DNA from: a virus
Taxonomy: Duplodnaviria; Caudoviricetes
Length of the DNA stretch: 64,000 nt
Strand: one strand, 5' to 3'
IMG/VR virus record: IMGVR_UViG_3300028582_000252
Location: 1 to 64,000 of that record
Every line of letters begins with the position of its first letter. The first letter of the stretch is position 1. Shown here piece by piece: positions 58,008-64,000 of this stretch. A program made the translations under genes and the position numbers. Under the pieces are notes generated by a model. The model saw only the letters and a program-made list of their open reading frames with translations. It was not told where the DNA came from and did not search any database.

Positions 58008-59609
58008 TTACAGCACTAAAAGGCCCCTGGTATCGTACACGGACTCTGATGTATCATTTCCACACCGTATTGCACGGTCGAGTCCCATTATCGACGCAAT
58101 CACGCCATCTATCTTCTCCGTGGACTTTTCTTTATCAGCTTTGATGTTGCCGGCAGGATCTGTCCTTATATAGATGTTGTCCATCATCCATCTGAGTACC
58201 GGATGACCACCATGTGCGATCCTTCCTTCAAGCGTGAGTTTCATAAGTTCTTTTGTCGGAGGACTCATGTCCTTGAATCCCTGTCCGAACGGAACGACCG
58301 TGAACCCCATCCCTTCCAGGTTTTGTACCATCTGCACTGCTCCCCATCTGTCGAATGCGATTTCACGGATGTTAAACTGCTCTCCCAGGCTTTCGATGAA
58401 CTTCTCGATATAACCGTAATGAACGACATTGCCTTCCGTGGTCTTGAGCATTCCCTGTTTTTCCCAGACATCATACGGCACATGATCGCGCCTTACACGA
58501 AGGTCTAGTGTTTCTTCCGGTATCCAGAAGTACGGCAGCAGCATGAACTTGTCATCTTCATCCTCCGGTGGAAAGACAAGTACGAAAGCAGTGATGTCAG
58601 TAGTGGACGAAAGATCGAGTCCGCCGTAACAGACTCTGCCTTTCAACGAATCTTCATCGACAGGGAATGCGCATGAATCCCACTTATCCATAGGCATCCA
58701 CCTTACAGACTGCTTCACCCACTGATTCAGCCTGAGCTGCCGGAAAGAGTTCTCTTCACCCGGATTCTGCTTTGCTGATTCACATGCCGCCTTTACCTTG
58801 TCGATGCCCACGGTTATCCCAAGAGATGGATTTGCTTTCTCCCATACCTTAGGATCTGTCCAGTCATCTTCCTCACCCGCGCCATATATGACCGGGTAAA
58901 AAGTATTGTCGATCTTTCTGCCTTCCAGTATGTCCTTCGCTTTCTGATGAGTTTCATAGCAGATGCTGTTCGTATCAGTGCCGGCGGTAGTTATAAGGAA
59001 GTACAATGGCTGCATCCTCGCATCACCTGAACCTTTCGTCATTACATCGAACAGTTTCCTGTTCGGCTGCGTATGTAGTTCATCGAACACAACCCCGTGA
59101 ATATTGAAGCCATGCTTTGAATATGCTTCTGCGGAAAGCACCTGGTAGAAGCTGTTTGTAGGATGAAAGATTATCCTTTTCTGTGAAGTCAGTATCTTGA
59201 CTCTTTTATTCAGTGCAGGACACATACGCACCATGTCGGCAGCCACCTCGAATACGATGGATGCCTGCTGGCGGTCAGCTGCACAGCCGTAGACTTCGGC
59301 TCTTTCTTCCCCGTCCCCGCAGCATAATAAAAGAGCTACCGCAGCAGCAAGTTCACTCTTGCCCATCTTCTTTGGTATCTCTATATATGCGGTATTGAAC
59401 TGTCTGTATCCGTTTTCCTTGAGAACCCCGAAAACATCACGGATTATCCTCTCCTGCCAGTCGATCAGTTCGAATGGCTTACCCGCCCAGGTGCCTTTGG
59501 TGTGGCAGAGGCACTCAATAAAAGAGACCGCGTAATCCGCAGCCTTCTTATCATAACGGGATTCTTTTGCCATGAATCCTGTAGGTTTATATTTCTTCAG
59601 TTTTCGCAA
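58008..59609 (-). CDS. terL: Terminase large subunit (intact)
   Basis: PKKMGKSE, FDELH, ITTAG, GGLDLS, FDRWGA, KIDG. Confidence 0.95.
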   Translation of the reverse strand: MRKLKKYKPTGFMAKESRYDKKAADYAVSFIECLCHTKGTWAGKPFELIDWQERIIRDVFGVLKENGYRQFNTAYIEIPKKMGKSELAAAVALLLCCGDGEERAEVYGCAADRQQASIVFEVAADMVRMCPALNKRVKILTSQKRIIFHPTNSFYQVLSAEAYSKHGFNIHGVVFDELHTQPNRKLFDVMTKGSGDARMQPLYFLITTAGTDTNSICYETHQKAKDILEGRKIDNTFYPVIYGAGEEDDWTDPKVWEKANPSLGITVGIDKVKAACESAKQNPGEENSFRQLRLNQWVKQSVRWMPMDKWDSCAFPVDEDSLKGRVCYGGLDLSSTTDITAFVLVFPPEDEDDKFMLLPYFWIPEETLDLRVRRDHVPYDVWEKQGMLKTTEGNVVHYGYIEKFIESLGEQFNIREIAFDRWGAVQMVQNLEGMGFTVVPFGQGFKDMSPPTKELMKLTLEGRIAHGGHPVLRWMMDNIYIRTDPAGNIKADKEKSTEKIDGVIASIMGLDRAIRCGNDTSESVYDTRGLLVL

Positions 59610-59681
59610 AGTACCTCCTCCCGCCCGTACCTTCCTGCAACGAGAAGAAGACCCTTTCGGATCATATCTCCTCTGTAACCG

Positions 59682-59924
59682 CTAGTTGTATTTCTGGAGC
59701 AGTATCATGTAAGCAATCGATGTCGGCTCATCTTCCGGCTCGATGTCCCATCCTCTGTCATAGCTGCATGTGACCTGACCGTTTATCTTTATCATTAGTT
59801 TGCTTATCCTGCCCTCGTTTATGCCGAAATGACTCGGTTCTTCAAAATGCTTTACCCAGTAATGGCATATGGTTTTCCCATTGCTGTCCTTTTCAGGTAT
59901 CCCTATAGTTCCTTCACTCCACAT
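59682..59924 (-). CDS. Small conserved phage protein
   Basis: YWVKHFEEPS.FGINEGRISKL, YDRGWD; AGGAGG RBS. Confidence 0.8.
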   Translation of the reverse strand: MWSEGTIGIPEKDSNGKTICHYWVKHFEEPSHFGINEGRISKLMIKINGQVTCSYDRGWDIEPEDEPTSIAYMILLQKYN

Positions 59925-59964
59925 ATCCTTACCTCCTTGCTTCGTGCTTTTCTTTTCGTAGTCT

Positions 59965-59994
59965 ATATATCACTCTGAAAGCACATGATAGCAA
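59965..59994 (-). promoter_or_regulatory. Promoter-like motif copy 4
   Basis: Minus strand TTGCTA TCATGTGCTTTC AGAG TGATATAT. Confidence 0.7.
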
Positions 59995-60019
59995 GTCATT
60001 TCTGTAGATAATGATGTAT

Positions 60020-60205
60020 TTATTCTGTATCTCCTGTCATGATGAAACGGGTGTATTCCCTACGGTTTTCCCGGTCATCAAGATATATGGCAAGGTCGAA
60101 CAGATCCATGCCGAACGCTATACGCTGAACCGCGTTTACATCAAACATGTTAGTGAGTCCGGTGTCTCTGACTTTCAGTATCTGGTCACGTACTTCACTC
60201 GTCAT
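60020..60205 (-). CDS. DUF5049-like small phage protein
   Basis: QIL.VRDTGLTNMFD; paralog of 7265-7441. Confidence 0.8.
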   Translation of the reverse strand: MTSEVRDQILKVRDTGLTNMFDVNAVQRIAFGMDLFDLAIYLDDRENRREYTRFIMTGDTE

Positions 60206-60584
60206 CGTCAGCCACCTCTGCTCCCGCCATCAGCTTCATATATATCGCGGTGTATCTTGCCTGCTCACTGCCTTCGCTCATCGTCATGCCCTCCAGGAAA
60301 AAGGCAAGCGCCTCGTCCCTTGAATCCCACATCCGCTCTTTTCCGTAACAGATGGTGGTGACCGTGTCGAGTTTCCGGCAGAAGTCTTCTCCGTATACCA
60401 CATTGAGTCCGCTGCCATTGTCCCATGCAACCATTACTGACCCAGTATCATCGACACCCTTGACGGTACCCTTTGTGCCTTTAGGCGGTGCCTGCACATC
60501 ATCCATATGCACAAGTTCCACTCTTGCGCCTGCCGGATATTCCTTTTTTACCTTTTCGACAGTTTCTCTACTTGGAAATCTCAT
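60195..60584 (-). CDS. DUF4314-like phage protein
   Basis: Paralog of 7431-7820. Confidence 0.8.
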   Translation of the reverse strand: MRFPSRETVEKVKKEYPAGARVELVHMDDVQAPPKGTKGTVKGVDDTGSVMVAWDNGSGLNVVYGEDFCRKLDTVTTICYGKERMWDSRDEALAFFLEGMTMSEGSEQARYTAIYMKLMAGAEVADDDE

Positions 60585-61227
60585 CGTCAGCGCCTCCTTT
60601 GAATGCGGATGAACCGCTCAGTCTTTCAAGCAGGATCTTCCTGTCTCTTTTGAAGTCGTCGCCGATGAATCCAAGTTTCAGCAGGAAACACCTGAATGCG
60701 TATTTCTGATTGCTGACCGGCTTATCCTTTGCGGTGATCCTCTTCTGCGCCTTTGCGGTGTTCGCAAGTGCCGAAACGAAATCAGTGTAGGCCGCGGCAT
60801 GATCTGCATCGATGGTGTCGTGGAACCAGTTGAATGATACTCTGTCATTGTCTTTTATCAAGGTAAGGTCATCTGTGCCAAATGCCGCTTTGATAAGGCT
60901 TTCCTTTGATGCGATGAGCTGTTCCAGTTTATCCAGTTCCTCTTCTGTAAAGCCTGAAAACGGAAGCGATATGACTATATCGTCCTTCTGCATTTCAGTT
61001 CCGTCATCCGAAGCCATGAATCCGTCTGCGGCAAGGTCCTGCCTGAGATGGTCAAGTGCATCCGCATCATCTGAAATTACCGTGCCTTCCTTATCGACAG
61101 TGAAATCACCGACCGTGTACTCGAATGTCGGCGCTTTTTTGTACTGAGGTTCGCATGCCGTGATCTTTGCAATAGCATCGACCAGGCTCTTCCTCTCTTT
61201 TCCCTTTAAGTTATATTCTGCTTTCAT
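60568..61227 (-). CDS. Conserved phage protein (virulence-related annotation)
   Basis: Paralog of 7798-8463. Confidence 0.8.
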   Translation of the reverse strand: MKAEYNLKGKERKSLVDAIAKITACEPQYKKAPTFEYTVGDFTVDKEGTVISDDADALDHLRQDLAADGFMASDDGTEMQKDDIVISLPFSGFTEEELDKLEQLIASKESLIKAAFGTDDLTLIKDNDRVSFNWFHDTIDADHAAAYTDFVSALANTAKAQKRITAKDKPVSNQKYAFRCFLLKLGFIGDDFKRDRKILLERLSGSSAFKGGADDEISK

Positions 61228-61271
61228 TGATTTTACCTCCCTGCTTTTGCAGCCTTTCTTTTTGTACATAC

Positions 61272-61301
61272 ATATATCACTCTAAAAGCCACATATAGCA
61301 A
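61272..61301 (-). promoter_or_regulatory. Promoter-like motif copy 5
   Basis: Minus strand TTGCTA TATGTGGCTTTT AGAG TGATATAT. Confidence 0.7.
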
Positions 61302-61314
61302 GGGTTATCTGCAC

Positions 61315-63219
61315 TTATTCCGAAGAATAATGTACGATGCCCGCAAGCACGAAACAAACATTCGGCAGAGCAACACCGTTGCCCCACATCTTGTATTCCG
61401 CCGAATCAGAATGCGGGTCTTTCAGCCACTTCACTATCTGCTTGTCCGTCTTTGGTTTTGATGCGCCGGTCACTATGACTCTGTGTGTTTCAAAGACCTC
61501 TCTCCAAAACCGGATATCCGCCGCAGTCACATCTTCCGTCCCGAGGTCACTGCACCACCAGTCCGGGAATCCCTGCAGCCTTGCGCACTCTGTCGGTGTA
61601 AGTCTTCTTACGATATATTCCGTCTCGTTCACAAGCGGCGGATCCTTATAATCTGTCGCAACCAGTGTTCCCGCCACATCCTTTTCCGCTTTCATGAAAA
61701 AAGATGCCTTGTTAGCAGAATACCTCGGCTGAAACAATGTCTGGTCGTTATTGCATGACAGCGTTGCCGACTTATCATTCTGGATAAGCGCGCCTTTGCC
61801 TCCGCCGTCCTTTCCTGAACGGATCTTCAGTGTCTTGGCTTCAGCGACTGCGCCCGGTCCTCTCGCAACTATGGTAGGTTCTTTTTCTTCTTCGACAGCA
61901 AAATCATACTTTGCATTCTGTCCCTGATTGAAAGCCGCACGGTCTATGCCGTATGCAACGGCATGCCTGTCAACAGTGTTCAGGGTATATCCGGTCTTTT
62001 CATTTACTCCGTCACCTTTTGGACCGTTCCCGTCTTTTCTTCCTATCATGGAACCCTGGACTGCGACTACTGCCATCCCGCCCTGACAGCATGCCGGATT
62101 GCCGCCTCCCGTGTCTATGGTGCGTGAAGTCTCCGCCTCATATATACCTGACTTCGGATTATCAGATCTCATGGAATTGCTGCCGTCCGAGCAGATCCCG
62201 AACACCTGCATCGCCGCCGGCACAATTCCTGCCCTGAGGGTAGGCGATTTTTCTTTCTCATACCCGATGCTCCGGCTTTTTTCAGAATGCTCCGTGCAGA
62301 AACCTGCTGACTGCATAACGAGCGGCTGATTGTTCCCGCCTGTCCCGAATGTTGCAAGCACAGTCTGTGATTTACTTAGCGGTCCCGTATACCTTGAATC
62401 CTGCGAATGGTTCTCGAAAACCAGCGGCGGATGATTAGCCGCGGCGCGAAGCGTTGCAGTCATATCCTCCGTCACATCCATTCGCTCTCCGCCCTGATCG
62501 TTCAGGCACATGCAGCCTGTGATATCAGCGCTTTTTTCAATACTTCCGGCAGTTCTTTGCCACGCTTTGAAGCCCTCGTGAGAATACCCTGACACGCCTT
62601 CCGACTCAAATAGTATTTTTCCGGCACGCCTTCCATCAAGATCTGCGACAAGGTAGATACGTCTTCTTCTCTGGGGCACTCCCCAGTACTGAGCATCGAA
62701 TGTTCGCCATGCGATGGAGAGATCATCTCCCATGATGCATCCTGACCTGTTCCATTTTTCAGGAGCAGGAACTGATATGTCTGCTGATTTGATCCGTGCG
62801 ATCTCTTCAAGGACTGCCCTGAAATCTTTTCCTTTGTTCGAGGAGAACGCTCCTGTGACGTTTTCCCACACGATGTATTTCGGATATCTTCCATCGGTTT
62901 TCTCCCTCATTTCCCTGACTATCCGGACGGCTTCATAAAAAAGCACTGACTGTTTCCCCGTCAGTCCTTCTCTTTTGCCTGCCACGGACATGTCAGTGCA
63001 TGGCGATCCGAATGTGATTATGTCAACCGGCTCTATTTCAGAGCCTTTTATCTTCGATATGTCTCCCAGATGTTTCATGAACGGGATACGCTTTGTCGTT
63101 ACCCTTATGGGAAACGGCTCTATCTCCGATGCCCATACCGGTGTTATCCCGCAGAGCATCCCGCCGAGAGGGAATCCCGCTGATCCGTCAAACAGACTTC
63201 CAAGCGTCATTTTGCACAT
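61315..63219 (-). CDS. Phage C5-cytosine DNA methyltransferase with a modular variable region
   Basis: SLFDGSAG, GSPCTD, WENV, PQRRRR, RRLTPTECARLQGFPD, YKMWGNG. Confidence 0.92.
   Translation of the reverse strand: MCKMTLGSLFDGSAGFPLGGMLCGITPVWASEIEPFPIRVTTKRIPFMKHLGDISKIKGSEIEPVDIITFGSPCTDMSVAGKREGLTGKQSVLFYEAVRIVREMREKTDGRYPKYIVWENVTGAFSSNKGKDFRAVLEEIARIKSADISVPAPEKWNRSGCIMGDDLSIAWRTFDAQYWGVPQRRRRIYLVADLDGRRAGKILFESEGVSGYSHEGFKAWQRTAGSIEKSADITGCMCLNDQGGERMDVTEDMTATLRAAANHPPLVFENHSQDSRYTGPLSKSQTVLATFGTGGNNQPLVMQSAGFCTEHSEKSRSIGYEKEKSPTLRAGIVPAAMQVFGICSDGSNSMRSDNPKSGIYEAETSRTIDTGGGNPACCQGGMAVVAVQGSMIGRKDGNGPKGDGVNEKTGYTLNTVDRHAVAYGIDRAAFNQGQNAKYDFAVEEEKEPTIVARGPGAVAEAKTLKIRSGKDGGGKGALIQNDKSATLSCNNDQTLFQPRYSANKASFFMKAEKDVAGTLVATDYKDPPLVNETEYIVRRLTPTECARLQGFPDWWCSDLGTEDVTAADIRFWREVFETHRVIVTGASKPKTDKQIVKWLKDPHSDSAEYKMWGNGVALPNVCFVLAGIVHYSSE
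62502..62894 (-). CDS. Nested +1-frame ORF inside the C5 MTase (M.EcoHK31I beta-like polypeptide)
   Basis: GAGGGAG upstream of ATG; conserved with 9502-9900. Confidence 0.65.
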   Translation of the reverse strand: MEDIRNTSCGKTSQERSPRTKEKISGQSLKRSHGSNQQTYQFLLLKNGTGQDASWEMISPSHGEHSMLSTGECPREEDVSTLSQILMEGVPEKYYLSRKACQGILTRASKRGKELPEVLKKALISQAACA

Positions 63220-64000
63220 CTCTGCCCTCCACTTCTTTTACAAGGTCAGCATACGGTATCCTGCTTCCGTCCCTGATGCAGAAGATGTCTGCTTCATCTT
63301 TCGTATCTTCCGCGTACCTTCTCAGTATCACCGATGCGTATTTCTCATCGAGTTCCATCATGCAGCATATCCTGTTCATCTGTTCACAGGCCATCATCGT
63401 GGAACCGCTGCCCCCGAATGTATCGAGCACTATGCCGTTCTCCTGCGATGAGTTCCCTATCGGATATGCTAAAAGATCAAGCGGCTTCGATGTCGGATGG
63501 TCACTGTTCTTTTTAGGCTTGTCATAATTCCATATGGTGGTCTGTTTCCTGTCCGAGTACCATCTGTGTTTTCCGTTCTGAAGGAATCCGTAAAGGACAG
63601 GCTCATGCTGCCACTGATAATCCGAGCGCCCGAGTACCAGGCTGTTCTTCACCCAGATACATACACCGGCAAGGTGGAATCCGGCATCGATGAATGCTTT
63701 CCTGAATACCAGTCCTTCGGTGTCTGCATGGAATGCGTATGCGCTGCCTCCGTTTTCAAGCTGATCCGCCATGTTCTTGAATGACTCGAAAAGGAATGTA
63801 TAGAAATCGTCACCTTTCATGGAATCGTTCTGTATGGTGAGTCCGCTGCTGCTCTTGAATGAAACTCCATACGGAGGATCAGTCACAATAAGGTTCGCTT
63901 TCTTTCCGTCCATGAGGGTCTTCACATCATCCCCGTTCGTTGCATCACCGCAGTACAGCCTGTGTCTCCCGACGAGCCACAGGTCACCGCGTTCCACGAA
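63188..64000 (-). CDS. N4/N6 DNA methyltransferase (5' part outside the window)
   Basis: TDPPY, HPTSKP, LDTFGGSGST. Confidence 0.9.
   Translation of the reverse strand, partial: FVERGDLWLVGRHRLYCGDATNGDDVKTLMDGKKANLIVTDPPYGVSFKSSSGLTIQNDSMKGDDFYTFLFESFKNMADQLENGGSAYAFHADTEGLVFRKAFIDAGFHLAGVCIWVKNSLVLGRSDYQWQHEPVLYGFLQNGKHRWYSDRKQTTIWNYDKPKKNSDHPTSKPLDLLAYPIGNSSQENGIVLDTFGGSGSTMMACEQMNRICCMMELDEKYASVILRRYAEDTKDEADIFCIRDGSRIPYADLVKEVEGRDVQNDAWKSV

Larger units (their letters stand above)
33310..64000 (-). mobile_element. Element A: HK97-type siphoprophage with a serine recombinase cluster (continues beyond the window)
   Basis: Collinear MTases-terL-portal-protease-capsid-tail-holin-lysin-recombinases, ending near an rlmD-like 3' end. 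Confidence 0.9.

Noticed and set aside
1-64000. tRNA, rRNA, IS transposase, group II intron or retron
   Set aside because: None recognised by eye; tRNAscan-SE, Infernal and ISEScan would be needed to exclude them formally.

Overview
Firmicutes/Clostridia-type DNA with tandem mobile elements stacked at one site, almost all on the minus strand. Two orphan copies of an rlmD (rumA)-like 3' end (HVESVVLMSKIK* at 3372-3410, HVETIALMSRNDK* at 33268-33309) mark the inferred junctions. Element A (about 33310 to beyond 64000) is an HK97-type siphoprophage: DNA methyltransferases, terminase, head, tail, lysis, a multi-gene serine recombinase cluster and a PLD-like cargo gene. Element B (about 3411-33309) is a related but defective prophage. 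It keeps replication, cos/terS/HNH and methylase modules plus an AT-rich defence block (GmrSD, NgoFVII/Z1/HTH-MTase, interrupted NACHT). Its terminase runs, via a short unrelated filler, into the last 39 codons of a recombinase, implying loss of about 21 kb. A probable third unit starts at 1-3057 with an Alw26I/Esp3I-type fused m6A+m5C methyltransferase. Less obvious signals: an AAA_14/DUF4143 gene bracketed by two same-length 40-bp palindromes; a conserved +1-frame gene nested in both phage C5 methyltransferases, which also have shuffled TRD-like modules; a structured leader before a sigma-like gene; a five-copy promoter-like motif; 30-bp repeats beside an att site; and a -1 frameshift signal in the tail chaperone. 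Family assignments come from recognising motifs by eye, not from database searches.
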